Origin: a virus | DNA length: 64,000 nt | Strand: one strand, 5' to 3' | IMG/VR virus record: IMGVR_UViG_3300035698_031273 | Coordinates: 43,070-107,069 of that record | Shown: positions 1 to 11,232 of the stretch, piece after piece | Numbering within the stretch: position 1 is the stretch's first letter | Layout of the letters: every line of letters starts with the position of its first letter | Position numbers and translations under genes: made by a program | The notes under the pieces: generated by a model | What the model was told of the DNA's origin: nothing | Seen by the model: only the letters and a program-made list of their open reading frames with translations | Databases searched by the model: none

Positions 1-11
1 CTCGTGTAAGT

Positions 12-2900
12 TTGGACCAATGGACAGAACAATATAGTACTAGGATTATGCAACCAGCTAGTAGTAATAGTTTAGATGAGCAAACAGTAGAAATTCAATA
101 TCCCGTACAAATATCTTCTTCTAATTGTCAGGGAGTTGGAGTTCATTGGGGGCTAAAGAAAAAGACACCTTTATTTAAGGGAGAAGATTTTTTTATTCAA
201 TTTAGAAAAGTATCACTTGCTGAAGATATTCCTTCTTTAACCAAAGATGACTCAGAAAGAAGATTTTCTTATTATAATAGTGATTATAAAATTTTAGACG
301 TAAATAGAGTAAGTGATTTATCTTGGTTGCCAGAATTAGAAACTTATATTTATGATAATCAGGGAGTTTTGGGAGTTTCTTATAGATACGATGAATATGG
401 TGTTCAAAATGTTGAAATTACTGATAAAAAAACTTTAAATTTTTCTAATCAAGCTTATTATATTGTGGAAATAGGTGATTTTCAATCTGATCCTGAGAAT
501 CATTATTTCATTGTTATTTGTCAAAATTCTGTTCCACTATGTTTAACAGTAGAAGACAAAGAAGTTTTAGATGTTTTTGGACAAGAAGGTATACTTAGGT
601 TTTCTAGAGTTTTGAGTACATGTAATGGAAGTATGATACGTCTTGGGGAGGAAAGTTCTGGTACTAAAATAAGGGGTGCAGATTTAATTAATACAGAAGT
701 TTTAATGATGACTGTTAGAAATTATTTAGGAAAGTTGATGATAACCTTTAATGGAAAGGGTTTTGAAACAACACCTTGGGTAATTGATCGTACTGATTTA
801 GGAGTAGATGGTAGTAGTAAAGTTAAAATAGTTAATGTTCCTCATTCTACAATTTCTGTTTTTGGAGGAAATATTAATTCAGGTGTTTTATTTGGTCCTT
901 TACAATATCAAAAAAAAGTAAGTTTTCGTCATCCTTCTCAATTAATGAGATATAAAAATACTGTTGGAATAAATAACGAGTCATTTTCTTTACCTTCTCA
1001 GTCTAATTTTCATAATCTTTATTTAAGAATAAATGATATTGGAGAACCTGTTCCCAGTCTTATTAATACTGGAGAAGTTATTTTTGGTAACAACGATCCG
1101 TATAAACCATATTTTACACAAGATGCTCAAGTTTTTAGAGAACACTTAAAAGATGAAAATAATATATGGAATTGGGGAAATTTTTTCGGAGAAGAATCAT
1201 TAAGGGAAATGTTACCTCCTATTTCTTATTATGTTAAATTATTTGATAATGCTATGACAGGTGAGTTTAGAAAGGCTTTTCAGGCTTGGTATTATTCTCT
1301 TAATTATTCTGAAATTAAAGTTGATAAATATAATATTTCTATAGACGCAAGTAATCGGCGTCAGTATTTTTTTACAGAAATAAAATTATTAGCAGGAGAT
1401 CATTTATTTGGTAGTCAAGATGTTTTGCCTTCTGGTGTTGTTCGTAAAAACGAGAATAATAATCTTCCTTATGTTAATATGTGGGCTTTACAATCTTGTA
1501 AACCACCCATCCTAACGATGATTAGGTTGGTTGCTGATTCTAACCCAACTCCCAGATGGCAGACAGAGATAGTAGATGCCAGTAATCATGTTCTTAGTTT
1601 TAATGAAACATGGAGCACCACAGACTTTACTTCGTTGGAACATAAAGGATCAATTAAATTTTTAGTAAACGAAGGTATGTATATGGATGAATGGGATCAA
1701 GGTTATGTCACAGAGAGATTATTATCTCTTAGAGACAAAACTTTTTATGTTGAAATATGGGGTGGTTACGAAGCACAAGTTGGTGATTCATCTAATGATC
1801 TTGATAGATGTAATTATCCACAAATGCCAGGTTTATATAAATTATTTACAGGTATTTGTAGTGGGGGAACTATTACTAGGTCTTATGGGCAGAGGGTAAT
1901 GGACTGTGTTTTGGAGGACTATTCAAAAGTTCTTAAAGATCAAAGATTTTTTAATAGTCCTTTTTTTGATGGAGTTAGGGATGTTAATGCTGTAAATCAA
2001 ATTTTAGATATGGCAGGTTTTCGTTCAGATATGATTCCGTGGAATATTGTTCTTTCCGATGGAACTCCATTAACTTTGCAGAATTATGGTCCCAGAATAA
2101 TATTAGATAATTTAGCTTCTACTCCAGCTAATTACCAAATGAATCTTATTTTTCCTGATAATAGAATAGCTTATTCTTTACCATATGCTTTGCCAAGTTC
2201 TTACGCCCGTTTAACACAACCATTTTACAAATTTAAAGCTGGTAGTGATACTTTTCATGATGGTATTGCGAAGATATCTAAAACAGGGGGAAAAATATTT
2301 TTCTTTGACCAGTTTGGTATTGCTCACTTTGAAAATTATTTTGATCATTATCAGGATATAGTTTTAACCGGAGGGACAGTTGATTTAAGTGAGATTGCTT
2401 TTTTGTATTCAACTAATCCAGATACTTATGCTGGACAATTAATATTTAAAGGAATGACAGTAAACCACGATGTGTCTTCTGCATATAATCATATTAAATT
2501 ATTAACAAATACTCCTAATTTCACTCCTGTTTGGATGGATAATGTTAATTGGGATTCATTTGATAATCCTGAGTCAGAAGGATTTCTTGGTTATTTAAAG
2601 TTATTTTATCAGGCAGAAGGTGTAATTGGGGATGAAGCTGCTGCAGCACGTTTGTTGGAATTTTATAGTATACAAATGTTTAAACCTCCTGTTGTAGTTA
2701 ATTTTGAAAGTTATGGTCAGCCCGTTAGAGCTTTAGATATTATTGGATTAAATTATGTTCCATTAAGGGTAATGAAGGTAGAATCTACTATGGAGCCTCA
2801 AAAAAATATATGGTGGCAGACATTAGAGTGTGAGTGGACTAGTGTTGCTGACTATTATAATCTTTTAACAGCTAGAAATCCACTTATCACGGAGGTTTAA
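12..2900 (+). CDS. Putative virion (tail/baseplate hub-like) protein, probably 5'-truncated by the window
   Basis: 962-aa ORF; the frame stays open to the window edge upstream of the TTG at 12. It leads the cluster of large structural-type genes. Function inferred from context only. Confidence 0.45.
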   Translation: MDQWTEQYSTRIMQPASSNSLDEQTVEIQYPVQISSSNCQGVGVHWGLKKKTPLFKGEDFFIQFRKVSLAEDIPSLTKDDSERRFSYYNSDYKILDVNRVSDLSWLPELETYIYDNQGVLGVSYRYDEYGVQNVEITDKKTLNFSNQAYYIVEIGDFQSDPENHYFIVICQNSVPLCLTVEDKEVLDVFGQEGILRFSRVLSTCNGSMIRLGEESSGTKIRGADLINTEVLMMTVRNYLGKLMITFNGKGFETTPWVIDRTDLGVDGSSKVKIVNVPHSTISVFGGNINSGVLFGPLQYQKKVSFRHPSQLMRYKNTVGINNESFSLPSQSNFHNLYLRINDIGEPVPSLINTGEVIFGNNDPYKPYFTQDAQVFREHLKDENNIWNWGNFFGEESLREMLPPISYYVKLFDNAMTGEFRKAFQAWYYSLNYSEIKVDKYNISIDASNRRQYFFTEIKLLAGDHLFGSQDVLPSGVVRKNENNNLPYVNMWALQSCKPPILTMIRLVADSNPTPRWQTEIVDASNHVLSFNETWSTTDFTSLEHKGSIKFLVNEGMYMDEWDQGYVTERLLSLRDKTFYVEIWGGYEAQVGDSSNDLDRCNYPQMPGLYKLFTGICSGGTITRSYGQRVMDCVLEDYSKVLKDQRFFNSPFFDGVRDVNAVNQILDMAGFRSDMIPWNIVLSDGTPLTLQNYGPRIILDNLASTPANYQMNLIFPDNRIAYSLPYALPSSYARLTQPFYKFKAGSDTFHDGIAKISKTGGKIFFFDQFGIAHFENYFDHYQDIVLTGGTVDLSEIAFLYSTNPDTYAGQLIFKGMTVNHDVSSAYNHIKLLTNTPNFTPVWMDNVNWDSFDNPESEGFLGYLKLFYQAEGVIGDEAAAARLLEFYSIQMFKPPVVVNFESYGQPVRALDIIGLNYVPLRVMKVESTMEPQKNIWWQTLECEWTSVADYYNLLTARNPLITEV

Positions 2901-2901
2901 T

Positions 2902-3132
2902 TTGAATACATCAAAAAATAATGTTCGTTTGTCAGAATTAGAAAAAGGCATACAGAAAATGATTGATTATAGAATGAGAACCAATCAAAGCAATTATGAT
3001 TTTGTCAGGGATCGTAATGGAATATTTAATTCTGGAGCCTTTCAATTAAATAATTTTGGAGGGACATCGAATTATGCGTCGTTTGGTGGAGGACGTAAAC
3101 GTGTAGGGGAAAAATATATTGTTGGAAAATAA
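2902..3132 (+). CDS. Small hypothetical protein
   Basis: 76-aa ORF filling the gap between two large genes; starts 1 nt after the upstream stop. Confidence 0.55.
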   Translation: MNTSKNNVRLSELEKGIQKMIDYRMRTNQSNYDFVRDRNGIFNSGAFQLNNFGGTSNYASFGGGRKRVGEKYIVGK

Positions 3133-3167
3133 ATTTATAAATCGTAATTTTAGGAGTAATAAATAAA

Positions 3168-6100
3168 ATGGGTACTACCCAATTCTATGCGATGGCCTAC
3201 TTCGATTTTGGTGATGATCTATCAACTCCTTTAAATGTACAAAAGGAAATTGATCGTTTTGTTCTTATAGATAAACAAATATATGCTTTATATAATGTTT
3301 TTGGAAATGGAGTTATTAGTGGATGGGAAGTCTCAGACGGGGGATATTCTAATGAAACAGGTATTGCTGTTATTATCTCTCCTGGTATTGGTATAATAAA
3401 ATATTTAGCTGCTGAAACTACTTTTACTAATAATGTTGACGGGTTGCCTCCTAATAGTATTTTCCATTTATATGCAGTTCTACAAGGAAAAACAGTTCAG
3501 AATAGGCTTATTAATTTTGCTATTTCATCAAGTAATATTGACAATGATTCATCTTTGAAGTTGGCTACCATTACAACAGGAGATAATGCTGTAGCCACTA
3601 TAGACAATACGGTTAGAGATTTAATTAGCTTTGATGAAGTAATTAGAGAACAAATAGATGCTCATAAACATAGGGGCAGTCCTACTAAAATAGATTTGCA
3701 AAATGAAGTTAAGAATCAGTTGCCTGGGGCTAGAATAGAAGGTATAGATGCTTCTAAAATTGTTAGTGGAACATTTGACCTTGAAAGACTTCCTTCTATT
3801 GATCATAATGATCTTGAAAACAATGGTATATTAACACATGCTGCACTTGATACTTTATCTAGGTCTTTAACTCAAAGCAATAAAGAGTTATTAGGGGAAA
3901 TAGCCAGTATAAATCTTTTTAAACAACTTATTTTTTTGAAATATAAATTTGATGTACATAATACAGCTTATGTTATTGATGAACATTTTGTCAATGAATT
4001 TGTTATTATTCCTGGAATCACTCCCGATGCTTATATTGATTTTTCTGCCAGTACTGCTCAGATAAATTTACAAGAACATTGTATTAGTGGTAAACCGGCA
4101 AAGATAGGTACATTTACATCTATTTATTGGGATTCTCAACAATCTTTTGAAGGAGCGGAAAGTTATAGTGATGTTATTATTTCAGGTGGTCAGGTTTCGT
4201 TATCTAGAGACTATACAGTAGTAGATATAATAGAAAATTTTGAAGAAGCCACTAGACCAGGTCAACCTATCCCTGGTTTTACTAAATCAGTTGTTATTTT
4301 AAATGATGATTCAGAGATTGTTGCTGAAGGATCTGATGTGAATAAGATAGAAGGTTTTTATAGTGGTAGTTTTACATCTTCAGCCACTATTAGGAGTAAC
4401 TTTACAAAGATATTTTCTACCCCTCGTAATTGGACTAATTATAATGAATTAGTTTTTGATATTAAATGTTCTATTACTTCCCATCAACCAGTTTATGGGT
4501 ATTTTGTTTATGTAGATGGAAATGGAACAGAACATAATAGAGAATTTACTATTTTATCAACTAATCAAACGACGTTTAATGAAGATCCTGCTAAAAATAA
4601 TTTTGAAACGGTTGTGGTGGACATATCATTTTGGGACAGATCTAATATTACTAAAGTAGTAATATATACTGATGAAAATGATGAAAATTTTGTTTTTTAT
4701 CTAGACAATATGTTTGTTCGTCGTGAAAATTTAGTGGTTTCAGAAGGTTTTATAAGATTAAGACATGAAGCACAAACTTCTGTTACTTTTTATTCTGTGA
4801 TTTATAATGCTACTGTTCCTGACAATACAGGGATACAGGTTAGGGTTAGAGTAGCTAATTCTGTTGATTTATTAGATAGAGTAGGTTATTCTTTATCTCT
4901 TAATGATGGGGATATATTTGCAATAGTAGGGACTGCAGCAGAAATCGAAATAAGATTAACTAGTAGTGATGGACAATCTACTCCTATTTTGGATTCTGTT
5001 GAATTAAGGATGTTGGTAGAAGCTACTTTTCATGGTTTTGATATAAATACTGCTACTGAATGGAATAGGGGAGATAAACAAAATATTACTGTTTCAGAAT
5101 CAGTTACTTCTTCATTAGATTCTGATCTAAGTATAAGTCCATATATTAATGTGGACGGATTATCTTTTTCCGTTAAAGATATAATTAGTGAAATAACTGA
5201 TGAGGGTGTAGCAATTTATGGTATATCTGGTAAAAATATGCCTATTTCTCCTTTGCAAGCGGCTCATTGGGCTGATTATCCCGCGTATAAGTTTGATGAT
5301 ATACTTTCGGTTGTAAGAAAATATAATAAACATTTTTTAGTGGCAGATTCAAAAAATAATCGAGTTATTGAAGTAGATAAGGATGGTAATTTTATTCGTG
5401 GTTTTGCATCTACATATGTTAGTAGTGGCAACTTCTACCCTTCTAACTCTTGCTATAAGTCTTCTAATGGTGTTTTAACAATTGTTTGTACTTCATCTTC
5501 TATAGTATCAGATATAACTAAAATAGTTCTATATTTGAGTGGAGCACCTACAAAGTTAACATCCAATGAGATCGTTTTATCTACGAATAAAGGGCAAGGA
5601 AAAGTTATTGAGATACAACTTGGTAGTGTTTTGATGGCACAGTTGGCTGGGGTAAGTTCAGGACTTACTATAGATTTTGAAGTAGGAGCATTTAGTAGTG
5701 GAATTGAAAAAGATTTTAATGCAACTAAATTATATGGATTATATGGCATAGAGTGTTTTATTGGTGATTATACTTATATGGATGGTATTAAAACTCCAGT
5801 TTTTGTTAATATTTTATCTTCAGATAATTGGGTTGTGTGTAATGCCGGTATACGTTATACAGAGGATGGAGAAGATATATCTTTTGAAAATCTTGGTGTA
5901 GAAGTTCCGTCAATTATTGAGTTTAAACCATCTACATTGGAGACTGTTTTTACTACTGATAGAATTGGTTTTTCAGAATTTACATTGGGAAGTTTAGTGG
6001 AGATTAGTAGTACTCGGTGGGTGGTAGCAGCTTTGGGAAGTTTTGCTGGTGCTTTAGGTGCAGTTGTTCCCGATAGTAATATTTCTCATTTTAGATCTGC

Positions 6101-6389
6101 TGCTTTAGAGGCTCTAAAAGATTTTAGATCAGGAATATTTATTATTGATAAACCATCTGATGTTCCTAAACTTCAATATACAGCCCCAGATGGTCTTTAT
6201 ATTTCTGATATTTCTAGGGCATCAGACGGAACGTTTTTGGCTGGTGAATCAGCTTTTGTTAATGCTAGTGGAAGACTTATTAAATTAGATTCTTTTTGGA
6301 ATATAACCTGGATGTATGGAAATGGAACATTAAATGCTGTTAATGACGCTAAGATAATGTCTAATGGAAATGTGATTGTAAGTGTTTAG
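3168..6389 (+). CDS. Tail-fibre-like virion protein with C-terminal NHL/beta-propeller-like region
   Basis: Fibre-type motifs AHKH and DASKIVSGTFDLERLP; NHL-like FLVADSKNNRVIEVDKDG; N-terminus paralogous to 26699..32416. Confidence 0.6.
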   Translation: MGTTQFYAMAYFDFGDDLSTPLNVQKEIDRFVLIDKQIYALYNVFGNGVISGWEVSDGGYSNETGIAVIISPGIGIIKYLAAETTFTNNVDGLPPNSIFHLYAVLQGKTVQNRLINFAISSSNIDNDSSLKLATITTGDNAVATIDNTVRDLISFDEVIREQIDAHKHRGSPTKIDLQNEVKNQLPGARIEGIDASKIVSGTFDLERLPSIDHNDLENNGILTHAALDTLSRSLTQSNKELLGEIASINLFKQLIFLKYKFDVHNTAYVIDEHFVNEFVIIPGITPDAYIDFSASTAQINLQEHCISGKPAKIGTFTSIYWDSQQSFEGAESYSDVIISGGQVSLSRDYTVVDIIENFEEATRPGQPIPGFTKSVVILNDDSEIVAEGSDVNKIEGFYSGSFTSSATIRSNFTKIFSTPRNWTNYNELVFDIKCSITSHQPVYGYFVYVDGNGTEHNREFTILSTNQTTFNEDPAKNNFETVVVDISFWDRSNITKVVIYTDENDENFVFYLDNMFVRRENLVVSEGFIRLRHEAQTSVTFYSVIYNATVPDNTGIQVRVRVANSVDLLDRVGYSLSLNDGDIFAIVGTAAEIEIRLTSSDGQSTPILDSVELRMLVEATFHGFDINTATEWNRGDKQNITVSESVTSSLDSDLSISPYINVDGLSFSVKDIISEITDEGVAIYGISGKNMPISPLQAAHWADYPAYKFDDILSVVRKYNKHFLVADSKNNRVIEVDKDGNFIRGFASTYVSSGNFYPSNSCYKSSNGVLTIVCTSSSIVSDITKIVLYLSGAPTKLTSNEIVLSTNKGQGKVIEIQLGSVLMAQLAGVSSGLTIDFEVGAFSSGIEKDFNATKLYGLYGIECFIGDYTYMDGIKTPVFVNILSSDNWVVCNAGIRYTEDGEDISFENLGVEVPSIIEFKPSTLETVFTTDRIGFSEFTLGSLVEISSTRWVVAALGSFAGALGAVVPDSNISHFRSAALEALKDFRSGIFIIDKPSDVPKLQYTAPDGLYISDISRASDGTFLAGESAFVNASGRLIKLDSFWNITWMYGNGTLNAVNDAKIMSNGNVIVSV

Positions 6390-6410
6390 GTTTTATGACG
6401 AAACAAATTT

Positions 6411-7511
6411 ATGATAAAAACCAAGATACGCTACGCATGTTTTTTAAATCATACGGGATATAGTCAAGCAGCACAGGATTATATCTTAGCTTTATATAAT
6501 AGTGGCAAATATGATATTAAAATAAATTTATATGGAAAGCACCCTTCTAAATTAGCTATATCTGAGAAAACAAATAAATTATTTAAAAATATGATAGATA
6601 AAGATGATAATGGTCGTAAAATACTTATATATCATTGTATTCCACCTATGCAAAAAAGAGCTGCTTCTTCTAAAATAAATATTGGTTTTGGTACTTTTGA
6701 GACTTTTTCACCTCCAGATGATTGGGTGTCAATTCTTAAAAGAAATACGGCAGTAATTTTTCCTTCTAGTTTTAATAAAAAAATATTTAGTAATTTTTTG
6801 TTTAAAAAACCATGTTTTCATATTCCTCATTGTGTGAATACTGAATTATATAATGATGCAGTTGAGCCTAAAATTAATTATGACAAATTCACATTTTTAT
6901 TTATTGGTAGTTGGAGGCTACGAAAGGGTTATTCTGCATTACTTGAGGCATATTTTTCTGAATTTGATGTTTCTGATAATGTGCAATTACTTATAAAGAC
7001 CGATAAGTCAGACCAATCTGAAAAATATATTTGTGAGTTAAAACGTCAATACAAATTAAAAAGTAAAGGATTACCATCTATTATTTTTGAAAAAGATATA
7101 TTGGATGAAACAAAAATGCCGGGATTTTTAAAATCTGCAAATTGTTTAATAATGCCGACAATGGGAGAAGGCTTCGGTTTACCAGGTTTGCAGTGCATGT
7201 CTCTTGGAGTACCTATAGTTATAACAAATTTTTCAGGGTGCCAAGACTATGCTAATAACGACAGGGCAACAATGTTGGAAATAGAGGGATATAGACAATT
7301 TTCTAATTTAGATAGGATACCTCAATTTTCCAATAAAAAATGGGCATTTGTTTCTGTGAGACAAATAAAAGAAAAGATGAGATTTGTGGTAAATAATTAT
7401 GAACAGGTAGAAAATAAAGCTAAAAATGCCATACCGTTTGTTCATAAAGAATTTAATTATAATATCACAGAAGAAAAATTTTCTAGTATGTTGGGAATGT
7501 TTTATGATTAA
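6411..7511 (+). CDS. Glycosyltransferase family 4 (GT-B)
   Basis: TGYSQAA N-terminal motif, FLFIGSWRLRKG, and MPTMGEGFGLPGLQCMSLGVPIVIT (the EGFG..ExMxxGxP signature). Confidence 0.9.
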   Translation: MIKTKIRYACFLNHTGYSQAAQDYILALYNSGKYDIKINLYGKHPSKLAISEKTNKLFKNMIDKDDNGRKILIYHCIPPMQKRAASSKINIGFGTFETFSPPDDWVSILKRNTAVIFPSSFNKKIFSNFLFKKPCFHIPHCVNTELYNDAVEPKINYDKFTFLFIGSWRLRKGYSALLEAYFSEFDVSDNVQLLIKTDKSDQSEKYICELKRQYKLKSKGLPSIIFEKDILDETKMPGFLKSANCLIMPTMGEGFGLPGLQCMSLGVPIVITNFSGCQDYANNDRATMLEIEGYRQFSNLDRIPQFSNKKWAFVSVRQIKEKMRFVVNNYEQVENKAKNAIPFVHKEFNYNITEEKFSSMLGMFYD

Positions 7512-10500
7512 AGCTATAATTGATCCTCAGTTTGGAACTATAGAGCAGGCTAAACATTTAAGGTTGAGTTTATTTAATCTTCCTAATGATACAGGAATGC
7601 GTATCAAAATAGAAGATGCTACCAATTTATGTGCAGTAAAATTTAATGGGGAAGATAATTTTGATATAAATCCTAATATAAAGAATGTTAATGGAACTAT
7701 TAATATTACTATTCCTGAAGAATGTGCATATAATGTTATTAGTTTGTTCGTGTTTTTATTCAAGAAGGAATCAGATGCTTATAAATTGTTTAGGATAATA
7801 CCTTTTGTTTATCATGTAAAAAAAGAATTATTTAAATCAGAATTTGATGGAAAAATAAATTTATTTCCTTCATTTGTCGAGAAAAGTCAATCTTTTATGA
7901 TATCTGTGCAGGCTGATCCTAATACTGAATATTTTGTATTAATAAATGACAAAGATTTTTTTATTAAGACTAATGAAATTGGTGCTGGTACTACTCATGC
8001 CAAAGCAACTGATTTTTTAATTAATAAAGAAGTTGTTGTTCTTCAGAATTTTCCAATAGGAATATCTAAAAGTAAGAATGAAATTCCGTGTTTTAGTGGG
8101 TGTGAACTTTGTGTTTTGCCAAATAATGTAAAAACACATGTAGATCCTCGTTGTGAAATCTCAGGTTATATATTTACTTTACCTGAAGAATGTAAAGATT
8201 CTGAAATACCAGAGGATGTGGTACCTACTCCTCCTGATCCTAGAGTGGAACCAATAGATATAGAAACGAAACGTACCGACTGTAAGAATAAGATGGTAGA
8301 TCATACGGGATTAGAATTTTGTAGAATAAATAATCATGATGCTACTATTTTAGCAAGTGGACAGTCATTACATGCTGTAATAAGTGTTGATTCTGAAATT
8401 GTGGAATCAAGTAATGAAGCATATAATTATCCGAGAATATTTATATTAGATGACGAGTCTTCATTAGATGTGCAGGTATTATTTAGTGCTAAAGTATCTG
8501 TTCCTCCAAAAGCTACTACTGATGACTTGGTAATATATGTTGACAAAAATACTTATGATATGTGTTCTAGAATCTTTAGTGAAACGGTGTATATTGTTGT
8601 GTTTAATGAACAACTTGGTTATCGTTCATTTGAATTAATTGGCAGAGAAATTCCAGATAATTATGTTCCTTTTTATAGAGTAATTGCTTCTAAGGGAGAA
8701 TCAACCGTTTCGGTTGATGAATGGATTCTTTGTGAATATGCTGTGTTTTTCATAAAGGGTGAGTCTTATCCTAATATTGAAGCTTCTTATGTGGAAACAC
8801 TACCAATTATAAAAGATTCTTCTGCTAATATTGTTCCTTCTCTCAGTGTAACAATAGCAAGCAATCGATATCATGTTGGATCTTCATACGAATCTTATGT
8901 TTATGTTATTGCTGAGGCTGTTATTTCTAATGAAAGTCAACTTTTTTATTATTCTTTTACTGTTGGAGAAACTGGATATTTAAGTAAAAGTTTTGGATGG
9001 AAACAAATTACTTATGATGGAAATAATTATAATCCTAAGGCAATTGTTGATTCTCGTGGAAGTGTACATGTAACATGGGAAAGCGATAGAACAGGGAATA
9101 TTCAAGTATATTATGGAGTTCTTGGTCCAGCTTCTCGCATGTTGGGAAATACAATTTTATCTTCGATATGTGATAAATATGCAGAATTATATAGAAAAGA
9201 GGATAAGCCTTTTACATATGTTACCGAGAATGTAATTATTGATGCTGGACAAGAATATGGAATATCACCTCAAATTGTTTTCGATAGTTATCCTGTCTTA
9301 GATACATTGGAAAGTGGAGTGGTTACAATTAAGGGTGAAGATTCTTTTTCTGTTTCTGGTAATCCTATTTCAGACACAGCTATGTTTTTCTATGCTTTAG
9401 ATGATGATTCTGGATTAGATTTAAATAATAATATGTTACAAATTAACTATCAAGTTGATTTTAATTTTTCAATGTCTATATCAAGAACTTCTCCAATTGA
9501 TGAAGATGTAACGTTGTCTGGTTCTATAAATCCTTTACAAATAGACGATTTATTTTCTCAATGGAAACAACAATTTACTTTTTCAAGCAATACAGATATT
9601 TATAATTTTCCTGTTTATTCTATAGGAAATAATACGTTTATAATAGGTAGACAAGATTCTCTTTATGATCGTATTTTTCCAATAGTTGGGGCTTATCGTA
9701 ATTCAGATATAGATCATGTTGCTGCTGAAACTGATATAGCATTATCTTTTGTGCCAATATTAAATGGTGATGATAGCAATGTTAGACACTGGATTATTGG
9801 AGTTATGCCAGAAAAAGTTAGATTTGAAGCTAATAATTTAATTAGAACACAATTGGATTGGTGTAGTGAGAAAGGTGTTATATGTACTCCAGATTGTGGA
9901 TACGTAGACAACATGAGTGAAATTGTATATACAGGAAAAGCAAAATTTGTTTTTGTGTATAATGGAGATGATTCTTTTTATGGTACTCCTGATTATAGGA
10001 AAGCAGGAATTGTAAGAGAAATTAATGGGTCTTTTGATTTAGCAGAAATAAATAATATTCAAATAATTGTTGGGTATGAGAAACTTTATGCAGAAAATTT
10101 TTCTGACTTATTTGAAGAAAAAGATTATTCGTTTGAACAAGAAACTTCTTTTTATATTTGTACTGTTACATTATTTTTTAATAATAATGCTATTTTTTCT
10201 GAATCTTTTCCCACTAGTCTTGCCAGCATAGATCGGTTTGATTTAGGATTTGGATTGCCCACAGGAGGATATTTAATAACCGATGATTTTTATCCATATG
10301 AGTCAAATATTTTTGATGATTTAGAAGAAACAAGTTTTAATGTTGAGTTTGACAATATTGTTTTATCTTCTCCTACTTTTTATGTAAATGAGGAGATTGC
10401 TATAGTTCCCTTGTCTATTAGAAACATTTTAGACCCTGTTGTATCATCAAGTGTTTCGTCTACTCAACTCCAAGAGTTTTTTGAAAGCGAAAATAATTAT

Positions 10501-11220
10501 ATTACTATGGGATTTCCGGGAACAATTGATGAAGATCCAGTTTCTGGTTTAAGCGATTTTGCTATCGGAGCTAGAGATAATTTATTTCTTCAATTGCCAA
10601 TTACATTAGAAGGTATAAATATGGCATCTTCTATTGCTGTTGGAGTTGGTGACGAGCCTCATTTATCGTGGCAATCTAATAGAAATAAGAATTGGAATAT
10701 ATATTATAGTAATGCTCTTGATATTAACATTCCTTTTCGTTTTGATACTAGGATAACTAGTTCAACCAGTAATAGTTTATCCCCATCTGTTTCTGTAAGT
10801 AGAAATGGTAAAAGAATGATATGTTGGCATGATAACAGAAACGGTGATTATGATATTTATTCAGCATATTCTTCTGACACTTCGAATGCTGGACAAAATA
10901 ATTGTTCTCTTTATCATGCAATGGATGTAATGCAAACACATACTGATTCTTTATGTTCCATTACGTTTTCTTATACGTCCACGAGTACAGCAACTTATAA
11001 TTTTATTATTTATTTTTATAATGATAGTTATCAGACTGATTTGTATAGCACCATTAGCTCTATAAATTTAGTTAATGGCTGGCAAAAAGATGGTATTCCT
11101 TTTGACCCCGATGGAACTGAAATTACAAATGGACAGACTGTAACCATTACTTATGCTCCACAAGTTGATGATGGAATATTTGATCGTATTTTATATTATA
11201 AACATGCAGTAGATAGTTAA
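7504..11220 (+). CDS. Large virion protein with WxxxRxGxxxIY propeller blades and a C-terminal Ig-like repeat
   Basis: ORF-track start is 7426, but the in-frame ATG at 7504 overlapping the GT stop is more likely. Blades HVTWESDRTGNIQVYY, HLSWQSNRNKNWNIYY, ICWHDNRNGDYDIYS. Confidence 0.6.
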   Translation: MIKAIIDPQFGTIEQAKHLRLSLFNLPNDTGMRIKIEDATNLCAVKFNGEDNFDINPNIKNVNGTINITIPEECAYNVISLFVFLFKKESDAYKLFRIIPFVYHVKKELFKSEFDGKINLFPSFVEKSQSFMISVQADPNTEYFVLINDKDFFIKTNEIGAGTTHAKATDFLINKEVVVLQNFPIGISKSKNEIPCFSGCELCVLPNNVKTHVDPRCEISGYIFTLPEECKDSEIPEDVVPTPPDPRVEPIDIETKRTDCKNKMVDHTGLEFCRINNHDATILASGQSLHAVISVDSEIVESSNEAYNYPRIFILDDESSLDVQVLFSAKVSVPPKATTDDLVIYVDKNTYDMCSRIFSETVYIVVFNEQLGYRSFELIGREIPDNYVPFYRVIASKGESTVSVDEWILCEYAVFFIKGESYPNIEASYVETLPIIKDSSANIVPSLSVTIASNRYHVGSSYESYVYVIAEAVISNESQLFYYSFTVGETGYLSKSFGWKQITYDGNNYNPKAIVDSRGSVHVTWESDRTGNIQVYYGVLGPASRMLGNTILSSICDKYAELYRKEDKPFTYVTENVIIDAGQEYGISPQIVFDSYPVLDTLESGVVTIKGEDSFSVSGNPISDTAMFFYALDDDSGLDLNNNMLQINYQVDFNFSMSISRTSPIDEDVTLSGSINPLQIDDLFSQWKQQFTFSSNTDIYNFPVYSIGNNTFIIGRQDSLYDRIFPIVGAYRNSDIDHVAAETDIALSFVPILNGDDSNVRHWIIGVMPEKVRFEANNLIRTQLDWCSEKGVICTPDCGYVDNMSEIVYTGKAKFVFVYNGDDSFYGTPDYRKAGIVREINGSFDLAEINNIQIIVGYEKLYAENFSDLFEEKDYSFEQETSFYICTVTLFFNNNAIFSESFPTSLASIDRFDLGFGLPTGGYLITDDFYPYESNIFDDLEETSFNVEFDNIVLSSPTFYVNEEIAIVPLSIRNILDPVVSSSVSSTQLQEFFESENNYITMGFPGTIDEDPVSGLSDFAIGARDNLFLQLPITLEGINMASSIAVGVGDEPHLSWQSNRNKNWNIYYSNALDINIPFRFDTRITSSTSNSLSPSVSVSRNGKRMICWHDNRNGDYDIYSAYSSDTSNAGQNNCSLYHAMDVMQTHTDSLCSITFSYTSTSTATYNFIIYFYNDSYQTDLYSTISSINLVNGWQKDGIPFDPDGTEITNGQTVTITYAPQVDDGIFDRILYYKHAVDS

Positions 11221-11232
11221 TAGGGAGAGATA

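Noticed and set aside
7426-7503. ORF-track start at 7426
   Set aside because: It would overlap the GT4 gene by 86 bp; the ATG at 7504 gives a typical short coupled overlap.
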